From positions 26,998 through 90,997 of the forward strand of contig CASETM010000074.1 in NCBI GenBank assembly GCA_949290865.1: a stretch of 64,000 nt of DNA, written 5' to 3'. Below the pieces are notes generated by a model. That model was not told where the DNA came from, searched no databases, and saw nothing but the letters and a program-made list of their open reading frames with translations. Position numbers and translations under genes: made by a program. This stretch comes from an uncultured Bacillota bacterium (lineage in GTDB: Bacteria > Bacillota_I > Bacilli_A > Erysipelotrichales > Coprobacillaceae). Shown piece after piece: positions 9,079 through 18,404 of this stretch; positions within the stretch are counted from its first letter, which is position 1; the number at the start of each line of letters is the position of its first letter.

Positions 9079-11310
9079 ATGAAAATAAGCGTTATTGTGC
9101 CTTTCGATGGATATTATCACTATCTGGCTGACTGTCTGGAAAGTATTAAAGATCAGAATGTAGATGATATTGAAACCCTGCTGATCATTGATCAGTATGA
9201 TGAAAAGATCAATGAGTTTATTAACTGTTATCAAAAATATATCAATTTAAAAGTTGTTTTGGCACCAAGCGATGTCAATGTGGCTGTGAAAAGAAATTTA
9301 GGGTTAGATGAAGCGACAGGCGATTATGTTTATTTCCTCGATAGTGATGATTATCTGATGCCTGGAGTTTTCAGCAGGCTGATGAATAAAGCTAGTGAAG
9401 AAAATCTTGATCTGGTCATGGGGAAAAGATGGATCTCGTGGTTTAAGAAACAGGTTTTTGAAACTATGGGACAGGAAAAAAATGAAGAGCTGGATCGTAA
9501 GGATAAAGATCGCGACCGTAATCAGCGCTTTGTAGAAAAAGAATATGACAATGAGGAAAATGATGCCCAGCAGAAAATTGTCGATCTGCTGATCCGTTCG
9601 CGTAGAGGGTTGAAAAATGTATCAGTGCTTAATATCCTGATCAGAAAAAGCATCATTGATGAGCATCATCTGCGTTTCTGTGAAAATTTTCTTTATTACA
9701 GCGATCTGTCATTTGTTGTTCAGCTGGCTCAGTACAGTCATTCAATCGATCAGGATCTGGATGCTCTGTACGTGAAAAGAAAGCACAATGATCCAATTAA
9801 TACACCTGCTTTAACACAAATCAAAGATGAACACAAGTTTGATGAATTTATCGATGCCTATCTCCATGCTATTTCTTTGGTTGAAAAAGAAAATAAGATC
9901 AGATATTACCTCGATTCAAAACTTGTTAAATATTATACCAATTATTTTGCCAAAAGGATTAGACGATCACAGAATGATTACTGGCGTGAAGAACGTTTTG
10001 CGACCATGTGTTCATTAATGGATGATGTCAGAGATGATTTGCTTAAAAAGATGAGCAGTTATCAAAGAAAGATGGTCAAACTGGCCAAAAATAGAGATCT
10101 GGAAAATACGAAAAGGCTGATTGCCCGTCATTTGGCAAAAAGCAAGCTGAAACGTATTCTTAAAAATAAAAACGAATTTAACAAATATTTATATCGTCAT
10201 AAATATATTAATGAACCAATTGAAAAAAACTGGGTCATGTTTGAAACGTTTATGGGGAAAAGCTATGCTGATTCACCAAAATATATTTATGAATATTTGG
10301 CAAAAAACTATCCAGGTCGTTACCAGTTTATTTGGGTGCTTAATGATAAAAAGGCCAAGATTCCATATGATGGTATCATCGTTAAACGTTTTACAAGAAG
10401 ATATGCCTATTATCTGGCAAAGTCAAAGTATTTTGTCTTCAATATCCGTCAGCCATTATGGTTCAGGAAAAGAGAAGGACAGGTATTTCTGGAAACATGG
10501 CATGGGACACCATTAAAAAGACTGGCCTTTGATCAGGAAGAAGTTACAGCAGCTTCACCAACCTATAAAGCCCAGTTCTATCGTCAGAAACAGGAATGGG
10601 ATTTTCTGATTGCTGCCAATAAATTTTCAAGTGATATTTTTAAAAGCTGTTTCATGTATACTAATGGACAAATGTTGGAAATAGGATATCCTCGAAATGA
10701 TTTGCTTTATGCACCTGATAAGGATGAAATTGCTGCAAAGCTGAAGAAGAAACTGAAAATTCCTGCAGATAAAAAAACAATTCTCTACGCGCCAACATGG
10801 CGTGATGATGAATATTATGGAAAAGGACAGTATAAATTTAAACTAAAGCTTGATCTGGAATTAATGAAAAAAGAATTAGGTCAGGACTATGTTGTTTTAC
10901 TGCGTACTCACCATTATATTGCTGATAAGATTGATGTTTCAGGATTAGAAGATTTTGCTTTTAATGTCAGCAAATATGATGATATTACTGAAATCTATTT
11001 GATTTCTGATATCTGTATTACAGATTATTCGAGTGTTTTCTTTGATTTTGCCAATCTGAAACGTCCAATGCTGTTTTACACATATGATATTGATAAATAC
11101 AGAGATGTATTAAGAGGATTCTACATCGATATGGAAAAAGAACTGCCTGGACCACTGGTATATACAACTCAGGAAGTTGTTGATCAGATCAAAAATATCG
11201 ATGAAATGAATGAAAAATATGCCCAGAGATATGAAGAATTTTATGATAGATTCTGTTCAATTGATGATGGTCATGCATCACAAAGGGCAGTTGAAGCAGT
11301 TTTTAAATAA
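9079..11310 (+). CDS. tagF: Bifunctional GT2 glycosyltransferase / CDP-glycerol:poly(glycerophosphate) glycerophosphotransferase
   Basis: N-terminal GT2 (GDYVYFLDSDD); C-terminal TagF domain (TWHGTPLK, GYPRND, LYAPTWRD, ITDYSSVFFD). Confidence 0.9.
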   Translation: MKISVIVPFDGYYHYLADCLESIKDQNVDDIETLLIIDQYDEKINEFINCYQKYINLKVVLAPSDVNVAVKRNLGLDEATGDYVYFLDSDDYLMPGVFSRLMNKASEENLDLVMGKRWISWFKKQVFETMGQEKNEELDRKDKDRDRNQRFVEKEYDNEENDAQQKIVDLLIRSRRGLKNVSVLNILIRKSIIDEHHLRFCENFLYYSDLSFVVQLAQYSHSIDQDLDALYVKRKHNDPINTPALTQIKDEHKFDEFIDAYLHAISLVEKENKIRYYLDSKLVKYYTNYFAKRIRRSQNDYWREERFATMCSLMDDVRDDLLKKMSSYQRKMVKLAKNRDLENTKRLIARHLAKSKLKRILKNKNEFNKYLYRHKYINEPIEKNWVMFETFMGKSYADSPKYIYEYLAKNYPGRYQFIWVLNDKKAKIPYDGIIVKRFTRRYAYYLAKSKYFVFNIRQPLWFRKREGQVFLETWHGTPLKRLAFDQEEVTAASPTYKAQFYRQKQEWDFLIAANKFSSDIFKSCFMYTNGQMLEIGYPRNDLLYAPDKDEIAAKLKKKLKIPADKKTILYAPTWRDDEYYGKGQYKFKLKLDLELMKKELGQDYVVLLRTHHYIADKIDVSGLEDFAFNVSKYDDITEIYLISDICITDYSSVFFDFANLKRPMLFYTYDIDKYRDVLRGFYIDMEKELPGPLVYTTQEVVDQIKNIDEMNEKYAQRYEEFYDRFCSIDDGHASQRAVEAVFK

Positions 11311-11328
11311 GGGGAATGCCCCTTATTT
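11305..11328 (+). terminator. Intra-operon hairpin between the two tagF-like genes
   Basis: AAATAAGGGG-AATG-CCCCTTATTT followed by only a short T run. Confidence 0.5.
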
Positions 11329-11345
11329 TCATAAGGAGGAATCAA

Positions 11346-12536
11346 ATGATCAGACTAATAAAAAATATCGTTGGAAAAACGATTAGACTTTTATACAAGC
11401 TTACTTATCGTATGATCCCAGTTCAGAAAAAAACTGTGCTTTTCATTGCTTTCCATGGTCGCGGATATACCGATAATCCGCGTTCGATTTATGAGTATAT
11501 GATTCAGCAGGAACGTTTTCAGAATTACCGTTTTGTCTGGGCCATCAAACATCATCGCCAAAAGAATCTGAATATTCCTGGAGCAAAAATCATTGAATAT
11601 TTTTCGTTGTCGTATTTTTATTATCTGGCTCGCAGCAAGTACTGGATCGTCAATTGCAAACTGCCAATGTATGTTTTAAAAAAGAAAAAGCAGATTTATC
11701 TGCAGACATGGCATGGAACGCCTTTAAAGAAACTGGCATTTGATATTGAAGTTCCTGAAGGAACAACGTTTTATCGCAGTGGGATGAATGAAGACATGAT
11801 GCATGAAACATATCGCGTAGATGTAGAAAAATACAATTACATGATTTCACCAAGTTCCTTTACTACTGAGGTATTTCAAAGCGCTTTTCGAATCAATCGT
11901 GAAAGACTGATCGAAACGGGCTATCCGCGAAATGATTTTCTATCAAATTATGATCAGGATGATGTTGGTGCAATCAAAAAACAGTACCATATTCCCGAGG
12001 ATAAAAAAGTCCTGCTGTATGCGCCAACATGGCGTGATAATTCTTATGTGACAAAAGGTTATACTTTTAAACTGGAAGTTCATTTTGAAAAATGGCAGAA
12101 AATACTGAAAGATGAATATGTCGTGATCTTCAAACCTCATTATCTGATCGTCAATGATTTTGACATTGATCAGTTTAAGGGATTTGTCTATTTTGTTCCA
12201 CCAGAAGAAGATATCAGAAACCTCTATATCATTTCTGATGCACTGATTACTGACTATTCCAGTGTATTCTTTGATTATGCCATTTTGAAACGACCAATGT
12301 ATTTTTATATGTATGATCTTGACATGTATCGTGATCATTTGCGTGGATTTTATCTGGATATTTATAAAGACCTGCCAGGAAAGATTATTGAAGAGGAAGA
12401 TGAGCTGCTTAGAGAAATCCAAAGACCTTATGATTATCAGCAGTTAGAATGTTTTAATCAGCGGTTTAATGATCATGAAGATGGTCATGCCAGTCAAAGA
12501 GTTGTAGATATTGTTTTTAAACAGGAGCAGATATGA
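11346..12536 (+). CDS. CDP-glycerol glycerophosphotransferase family protein (TagF/TagB)
   Basis: TWHGTPLK, GYPRND, YAPTWRD, TDYSSVFFD; AGGAGG SD before ATG 11346. Confidence 0.9.
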   Translation: MIRLIKNIVGKTIRLLYKLTYRMIPVQKKTVLFIAFHGRGYTDNPRSIYEYMIQQERFQNYRFVWAIKHHRQKNLNIPGAKIIEYFSLSYFYYLARSKYWIVNCKLPMYVLKKKKQIYLQTWHGTPLKKLAFDIEVPEGTTFYRSGMNEDMMHETYRVDVEKYNYMISPSSFTTEVFQSAFRINRERLIETGYPRNDFLSNYDQDDVGAIKKQYHIPEDKKVLLYAPTWRDNSYVTKGYTFKLEVHFEKWQKILKDEYVVIFKPHYLIVNDFDIDQFKGFVYFVPPEEDIRNLYIISDALITDYSSVFFDYAILKRPMYFYMYDLDMYRDHLRGFYLDIYKDLPGKIIEEEDELLREIQRPYDYQQLECFNQRFNDHEDGHASQRVVDIVFKQEQI

Positions 12537-13633
12537 AGAAAATAGAGAAAACAATTCTAAAAATTATTCTTGGTATCGTGTATGTCTTTGTCAGATTTAT
12601 GAAGATCAATGATCATCAGGTTGCTTTTGTTTCACTTGAATCTAGTCATCTTGAATCAGATCTTTTACTGATTTATGAACAGCTCAAAAAAGATCCTCAG
12701 CTGAAAATAAAGAAAATACTGATTGGGTATGATAAGAATAATCTGATTCAGGATTTTTTCTATATGCTTAACTGTCTGAAGCAGGTCGTTATCATCAATA
12801 CGTCCAAAGTCGTTTTGATTCGTGACAACAACTATGTCATTTCCACATATAAGCGAGAAGGAGTACATGTCATTCAGGTGTGGCATGCCTGTGGAGCTAT
12901 CAAAAAATTTGGTAACGCAATAGAACGAGAATATCCAATTCGAAATTATGATTATATCCTGTCGAACAGCGATTACTGGAAGAAACCATACAGTGAGGCA
13001 TTTTCTGTCGCTGAAGATCAGGTGATTACAACAGGGATGCCAAGAGTGGATCATCTGTGTCAGCAGGATTATCTCAATACAGCTAAAGAACGTCTTTATA
13101 AAAAATATCCACAGCTAAAAAATAAAAAGATCCTTCTGTATGCCCCAACTTTCCGTGGTAATATATATAAAGGATTTCATTCTGTTTTGTTTGATGCCGG
13201 TAAAGTCATGGATTCATTAGGGGAAGAATATTTACTGATTTATAAGTTCCATCCTCTATTGAAAAATACTCTGTTAGCAAAACATGAACGCATTCTGAAC
13301 ATGAATCATGAAGATACCCATGATCTTTTTACAGTCAGTGATGCTTTGATATCCGATTTTTCGTCGATCATTTTTGATTATTCTTTACTGAATCGACCAA
13401 TGTATTTTTTTGTTCCAGATCTTAATGACTATCTGCGTGATCTAGGCTGTTTTGTGGACTATCATACTATGCCAGGAGCAATCTGCTATAGTGAAGATGA
13501 TCTGATCAGGGCAATAAAAGAAAAACATAAATTTGATCTTGAACAGTTTAGAAATCAGTTCTTTACCTATCAGGATGGAAAAAATCTACAAAGGGTCCTG
13601 GAGCTGATTAATCAGATAATAAAAAAGCCATGA
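12533..13633 (+). CDS. CDP-glycerol glycerophosphotransferase family protein, TagB-like primase
   Basis: QVWHACGAIKKFG, TGMPR, YAPTFRG, SDFSSIIFDY (TagB-type variants of the family motifs). Confidence 0.85.
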   Translation: MKKIEKTILKIILGIVYVFVRFMKINDHQVAFVSLESSHLESDLLLIYEQLKKDPQLKIKKILIGYDKNNLIQDFFYMLNCLKQVVIINTSKVVLIRDNNYVISTYKREGVHVIQVWHACGAIKKFGNAIEREYPIRNYDYILSNSDYWKKPYSEAFSVAEDQVITTGMPRVDHLCQQDYLNTAKERLYKKYPQLKNKKILLYAPTFRGNIYKGFHSVLFDAGKVMDSLGEEYLLIYKFHPLLKNTLLAKHERILNMNHEDTHDLFTVSDALISDFSSIIFDYSLLNRPMYFFVPDLNDYLRDLGCFVDYHTMPGAICYSEDDLIRAIKEKHKFDLEQFRNQFFTYQDGKNLQRVLELINQIIKKP

Positions 13634-13646
13634 AAATGGCTTTTTT
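13621..13646. terminator. Bidirectional intrinsic terminator
   Basis: AAAAAAGCCAT-GAAA-ATGGCTTTTTT between convergent genes. Confidence 0.8.
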
Positions 13647-14295
13647 ATAATGTCTGGAAAAAATCTTTGACTTCATCCAAATCTTTGAATATTTTATATG
13701 TTTTTTTCGCAAATTTTTCTTCAGGATATTTCATATCAGGAATACAGATGACCTTGATGTCTGCTGCTGCACTTGCCTGAATGCCTGCTTCTGAATCTTC
13801 GATGACGATAGCTTCATCAGGTTTGACACCTAGTTTTTGACATGATTTAAGAAAAACTTCAGGATTTGGTTTTCCTTTTGTAACTTCATCGCCACAGATA
13901 GAATCATCAAAATATTTTTCAATGTCAGCTGAACGCAGAATGTCGTCAACACGATCTCTATTGCTGGAAGTAGCAACAATGGTTTTATAATCATGATCTT
14001 TAAGATATGTTAACAAAGATAACAGTCCTTTTTTTAAAGGAACACCTTCATTTTTGAATCTTTCTGCCATATACTGATGAACATCTTTAATAACAGATTC
14101 AATTGGAAAATCCTGTCCATAGACATCATAGAAGCGTTGATAAATGCCTTTAACAGGTTTACCTAACAGCGTAATATAGAATTCTTCAGTCATTGTCAGG
14201 TTCATTTTCTTTAATATTTCCTGATACCCTTCAAACGTTACTCTTTCACTATCTATCATTAATCCATCCATATCAAAAATTATCGCTTTTATCAT
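13645..14295 (-). CDS. HAD-superfamily phosphatase (beta-phosphoglucomutase-like)
   Basis: IIFDMDGLMIDSE, ATSS, KPNPE, IEDS..G motifs. Confidence 0.9.
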   Translation of the reverse strand: MIKAIIFDMDGLMIDSERVTFEGYQEILKKMNLTMTEEFYITLLGKPVKGIYQRFYDVYGQDFPIESVIKDVHQYMAERFKNEGVPLKKGLLSLLTYLKDHDYKTIVATSSNRDRVDDILRSADIEKYFDDSICGDEVTKGKPNPEVFLKSCQKLGVKPDEAIVIEDSEAGIQASAAADIKVICIPDMKYPEEKFAKKTYKIFKDLDEVKDFFQTL

Positions 14296-14405
14296 TGTTC
14301 TTTCTCCTTTTATCTTCAATTATCATAACATAAAAAAATAAGAATATAAATGAATTAAGAATAACTTTTCTTTTTTTAACATAGAATAATTTAGGAGGTT
14401 ATATC

Positions 14406-14741
14406 ATGATTAGTAGGGGAGATATCTATTATGCTGATCTTTCACCGGTTGTTGGAAGTGAACAGGGTGGTTTAAGACCAGTTCTTGTTTTACAGAATAA
14501 TAAAGGAAATAAATTTTCAACAACAGTTATTGTTGCGCCCATTTCTTCTAAACTGACAAAAAACCCGATTCCTACTCATGTAGTTATTCAATGTGATTCT
14601 TTAGAAAAAAAATCAGTGATTCTTTTAGAACAGATTCGAACGATCGATAAAATGCGTTTTCAGGAAAAACTGGGATGTTTGAATGATTATTTCATGAAAA
14701 AGGTAAATAATGCAATAAAAACAAGTTTAGATTTGAAATAG
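14406..14741 (+). CDS. mazF: PemK/MazF-family endoribonuclease toxin (EndoA/NdoA-like), no adjacent antitoxin
   Basis: [49 protein letters not shown]; AGGAGG SD. Confidence 0.92.
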   Translation: MISRGDIYYADLSPVVGSEQGGLRPVLVLQNNKGNKFSTTVIVAPISSKLTKNPIPTHVVIQCDSLEKKSVILLEQIRTIDKMRFQEKLGCLNDYFMKKVNNAIKTSLDLK

Positions 14742-14824
14742 TTTTCATCAAAGTCATTTTTTGCTATAATGACCATATATTAGAAATAAATGATGAACAG
14801 ATCATTTGATGAAGGGATGTCATT

Positions 14825-15547
14825 ATGGATTTAGAATTTGCTGGAAAACTCAACGGGAAACAAAAGGCAATTGGATTTATACTGCTGATACCGACATATT
14901 TGTTTATCACGCCATTATTTGTTGAGGCGGGACTGTATTTGTATGTCAAGTATGTTCATGTTTTGGACATATATACAATTAATATCATGCTGAATTTCTT
15001 CAGTACATTAATTTCTATGCTTTTTGCGATTATACTGTTAAAAGATTTTTTTAAAGATAATATCAGAAAATTTAAAGAAAATCTGCTGATAAATACGATA
15101 TGGTCACTGACAGCAGGGGTAGGAATCATGTATCTGATATCTTATCTGGCTAATGTGATCATCGTTCTGGTTTTAGGAACATCGGATACTGCGTCTAATC
15201 AGCTTCTGTTTGAAAGCCTGATCGAAAATAATTTTATCTTTATGGCCATTCAGGCAGTGATTTTTGCTCCGATCGTTGAAGAACTGATCTTTCGTGGTCT
15301 GGTCTTTAGAACATTTAGAAAATATAATGTGTTCTGGGGGCATTTTATCTCAGCATTCTTCTTTGGCTTTATTCATATATATCAAGGACTTTTCGCCGGA
15401 GATATGACACAGCTTTTATATTTGCTTTCGTATGGCGGCATGGGATTTGCTTTTTCTCTTGTCTATGAAAAAAGAAAAACAATCGTTGCACCAATGCTGG
15501 TGCATATGGCAAACAATCTTATTGCGACAATACTTATTACATTATGA
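14825..15547 (+). CDS. CPBP/Abi (CAAX protease-like) intramembrane metalloprotease
   Basis: APIVEELIFRG, FFGFIH, HMANN. Confidence 0.9.
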   Translation: MDLEFAGKLNGKQKAIGFILLIPTYLFITPLFVEAGLYLYVKYVHVLDIYTINIMLNFFSTLISMLFAIILLKDFFKDNIRKFKENLLINTIWSLTAGVGIMYLISYLANVIIVLVLGTSDTASNQLLFESLIENNFIFMAIQAVIFAPIVEELIFRGLVFRTFRKYNVFWGHFISAFFFGFIHIYQGLFAGDMTQLLYLLSYGGMGFAFSLVYEKRKTIVAPMLVHMANNLIATILITL

Positions 15548-15548
15548 T

Positions 15549-15573
15549 AAAAGATACCATACAGGTATCTTTT
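15549..15573 (+). terminator. Intrinsic terminator
   Basis: AAAAGATACC..GGTATCTTTT. Confidence 0.7.
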
Positions 15574-15710
15574 CAATTTGTTTTTTATAAAATCGAAATG
15601 ATTATCGTGATTGATATTTTTTAAGAAAGAAATTATTGTAAGTAAATCGGTCTATAAAAAACAGTTAAAATTATCAAGATCGATTTTAAACTTTTCTTGT
15701 AAAGAAACCA

Positions 15711-15731
15711 CTGACTCTTAATCAGAGGATC
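15711..15731 (+). repeat. Inverted partial copy of the tRNA-Lys(CTT) anticodon arm
   Basis: CTGACTCTTAATCAGAGGATC matches the tRNA (minus strand) at 20/21 nt; the first 18 nt match 15890-15907 exactly. Confidence 0.8.
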
Positions 15732-15810
15732 TAACTGCAAAATAAAAATTTAATTTTTTGCTTTATATTTTTAATATCAATTGATCTAAGTGAAAAATGG
15801 TAATATAAAT

Positions 15811-15855
15811 AAAAAAACCTAAAATCTTGAAAATCAAGGCTTTAGGCGTTTTTTT
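15811..15855 (-). terminator. Terminator downstream of tRNA-Lys
   Basis: A7-CCTAAA..CTTGA-AAA-TCAAG..TTTAGG..T7 imperfect hairpin. Confidence 0.6.
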
Positions 15856-15858
15856 CAA

Positions 15859-15934
15859 TGGTCTCCCCGCACGGGATCGAACCGTGGACCCTCTGATTAA
15901 GAGTCAGATGCTCTGCCAGCTGAGCTACGGAGAG
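15859..15934 (-). tRNA. tRNA-Lys (anticodon CTT)
   Basis: 76-nt cloverleaf; TCTGA-CTCTTAA-TCAGA anticodon arm; GGTTCGATCC; encoded CCA. Confidence 0.97.
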
Positions 15935-16021
15935 ATAACACTGATATTCTATAATATTTTTCAAATGAAATCAAGGAATTTTTATATAAATATGTTATAA
16001 TGTTTGCTAGAGGTGAGAGGA

Positions 16022-17554
16022 ATGTTTTATAGTCAGAATGTTGATAATATAAAATTAGTCATTTTAACGTTAGATGGGGGGCTTCTTGATCTTAATCGCT
16101 TACGTTATAATTATTTCAAGAGAACCTGTGAAACCTATCATAAAACAATTACCAAAGATCAGTTTTCTTTTATGCTTGGCAGCATGAAAACAATGTATGA
16201 TAAATCACCTATCCAGGATGTTTTAAGCAATAAGGAATTTAACAGAATTGTTGAAAAAGATCTGTTTGAATATGTCAAACTGAAACCTAATATCAAAAGA
16301 GAGGGTGTTGATGAATTCGTTCAGTACTGTCTGCAGAAGGATATTAAAATAGCTGTTTATACAACTCACAAATCCAAAAGAGCGATTCAATATCTGCAGC
16401 TGACAGATTTATATAATAAAATTGATTTTCTGATTGGTGGTGACAGCAAGCTGCCACCATTACCTCATAAAGATGTTCTGACTGTTATCTGTCAACAGAT
16501 GAATGTTGGTCCTCAGCATACTCTGGTTGTTGCCAATTTTGAATCAATGGTCGAAGCGGCTTTAAATTTGTACGCCAATGTGATCTATATGCCTGATCTT
16601 GTTCCGGCCAATGATACGATCAAGGCCTGTGTATATAAAGTTGTTAAGAATTATCTGGAAATCATGAATGTTTTCCTGTTTTCAAAATATGACAGTATGG
16701 AACTGTTCTCACCGATACTTGGTATGAATGCAGACATGGACAGAGATACATTGTATAAAACCAAGAACAAGCTGCTGAATAAATATAAAAATGATGAACA
16801 GCTCATTGCGCTAGTGAATCGTGCCTACGATTATTTTGTTGATTTATTGAATAAGCAGGAAATTTCTGAAAAATTTTCTCATAAACAAAAGATTTTTTTC
16901 CGTTTTGATGATGAAAATGATATTAATCTGCAAAAAGCAGAAAAAGTCGATATAGATGGAAATACGGCTGATGATAATGAAAATAAGAGAGTTCATCTGT
17001 TTAGAAACGTTAATGAAAATAATGTGTCAAATAGTGATACCTTCATTCTTTCAGGGGCAACATCCTATGATCCAAAACGCATGAATGAGCTGATGGATAT
17101 CATTAATGGCGATGCCAAAGCATCAAACAGTGAAAAAAAGCAAGTAAAAGAACAGATAGAAGAAAAAGAAACAGACAATGATGAAGAAAATAAGATTCTG
17201 ACAGCAACCGTCAATATTTTGTTTAATTTCTTGTTATCAATGATCATTGTTCTGGTCGCAATCATGTTTTATCTGCTGTTTACTGACTATCTTAATGGTT
17301 CATCTGTTCTGGCACAGATTATTAACGGTATTTATGATGTCTATATCAGTATGGTTAATGGTCTCTTTGGCATTGTTTTCAATGGTTTAAGTGCGGTTTT
17401 ATATTTTATTCCTACATATGAGACCTTTGTCTATAAAAACACGCTTTTATCATCAATGGCTGCTCTTTCTCTACTATCGGTATTTTTTAACTTTATCTGT
17501 ATTTCTGTCATAAGGCTACTGGTGAGTCAACGGGAAAAGAAAAAGATAGCATAA
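16022..17554 (+). CDS. Degenerate HAD-like domain fused to an acidic linker and C-terminal TM helices
   Basis: ILTLDGGLLD (motif I without the nucleophile Asp), HAD-like cap and core; hydrophobic C-terminus. Confidence 0.7.
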   Translation: MFYSQNVDNIKLVILTLDGGLLDLNRLRYNYFKRTCETYHKTITKDQFSFMLGSMKTMYDKSPIQDVLSNKEFNRIVEKDLFEYVKLKPNIKREGVDEFVQYCLQKDIKIAVYTTHKSKRAIQYLQLTDLYNKIDFLIGGDSKLPPLPHKDVLTVICQQMNVGPQHTLVVANFESMVEAALNLYANVIYMPDLVPANDTIKACVYKVVKNYLEIMNVFLFSKYDSMELFSPILGMNADMDRDTLYKTKNKLLNKYKNDEQLIALVNRAYDYFVDLLNKQEISEKFSHKQKIFFRFDDENDINLQKAEKVDIDGNTADDNENKRVHLFRNVNENNVSNSDTFILSGATSYDPKRMNELMDIINGDAKASNSEKKQVKEQIEEKETDNDEENKILTATVNILFNFLLSMIIVLVAIMFYLLFTDYLNGSSVLAQIINGIYDVYISMVNGLFGIVFNGLSAVLYFIPTYETFVYKNTLLSSMAALSLLSVFFNFICISVIRLLVSQREKKKIA

Positions 17555-17572
17555 AAATATGCTATTTTTTTG

Positions 17573-17601
17573 TTGCATCCATGAAATATATATGTTATTA
17601 T
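17573..17601 (+). promoter_or_regulatory. Sigma-A promoter of the tRNA-Ser/Asp pair
   Basis: TTGCAT-17-TATTAT, directly after a terminator hairpin at 17546-17571. Confidence 0.65.
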
Positions 17602-17616
17602 ATTTGAGCAACCGAT

Positions 17617-17707
17617 GGAGACATACTCAAGAGGCTGAAGAGGCGCCCCTGCTAAGGGTGTAGGTCGGGAAACTGGCGCGAGGGTTCAAATCCCTCTGTC
17701 TCCGCCA
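17617..17707 (+). tRNA. tRNA-Ser (anticodon GCT)
   Basis: 91 nt with long variable arm; CGCCC-CTGCTAA-GGGTG; GGTTCAAATCC; CCA. Confidence 0.97.
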
Positions 17708-17717
17708 TTAGTTGTAT

Positions 17718-17794
17718 GGTCTGGTAGTTCAGTTGGTTAGAATGCCGCCCTGTCACGGCGGAGGTCGCGGGTTCGAGTCCCGTCCAGACCGCCA
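17718..17794 (+). tRNA. tRNA-Asp (anticodon GTC)
   Basis: 77-nt cloverleaf; CCGCC-CTGTCAC-GGCGG; GGTTCGAGTCC; CCA. Confidence 0.97.
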
Positions 17795-17795
17795 A

Positions 17796-17829
17796 TAAAA
17801 AAATAACTGCGTAAGCAGTTTTTTATTTT
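17796..17829. terminator. Bidirectional terminator after the tRNAs
   Basis: AAAAAAATAACTGC-GTAA-GCAGTTTTTTATTTT. Confidence 0.75.
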
Positions 17830-18356
17830 GCGTGTTTATCGATATAGGCTTTCATGATTGCAATCATTGTTTTTGAATCATTGATTTTTTTATCTATTAC
17901 CATCTGATAAGCCTGATCAACTGGAACATAGAGAACATCAATAAATTCATCATCATCTCCGCTCAGGGGATTTTCTTTTTTATAGAGGCCCTTTGCTTCA
18001 TAGAGATGGATGATTTCATCGCAATAGCCAGGAGTAGGGAAGATATCTGTGATCAGTTCCAGATCTTTACAGCTGTATCCAGTTTCTTCTTCAAGTTCAC
18101 GTTTAGCAGCTTTTTTAATTTCCTCATCAAACTCTAGTTTGCCAGCTGGTATTTCTATTGTATCCTGCTGATAGGCATAACGATACTGCTTGACCAGAAT
18201 GATCTTATCATCAACAGTCGCCAGGATTCCTACACCACCATGATGTCTGACAATTTCTCTATCAGCAAGCATACCGTTTTGACATTCAACCTGATCTTTG
18301 TAGACAGTAATGACATTTCCTGTAAACAGCACTTCACTTGATACTTTTTTTTCCAT
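17823..18356 (-). CDS. nudF: ADP-ribose pyrophosphatase (Nudix)
   Basis: Nudix box PAGKLE..E....AAKRELEEETGY; TPGYCDE; INDSKT. Own promoter TTTACA(18403-18398)-17-TATACT(18380-18375). Confidence 0.88.
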   Translation of the reverse strand: MEKKVSSEVLFTGNVITVYKDQVECQNGMLADREIVRHHGGVGILATVDDKIILVKQYRYAYQQDTIEIPAGKLEFDEEIKKAAKRELEEETGYSCKDLELITDIFPTPGYCDEIIHLYEAKGLYKKENPLSGDDDEFIDVLYVPVDQAYQMVIDKKINDSKTMIAIMKAYIDKHAK

Positions 18357-18404
18357 ATATTTCACCTCAATTCAAGTATAGGTTTTATTTTTTTTGTTGT
18401 AAAC

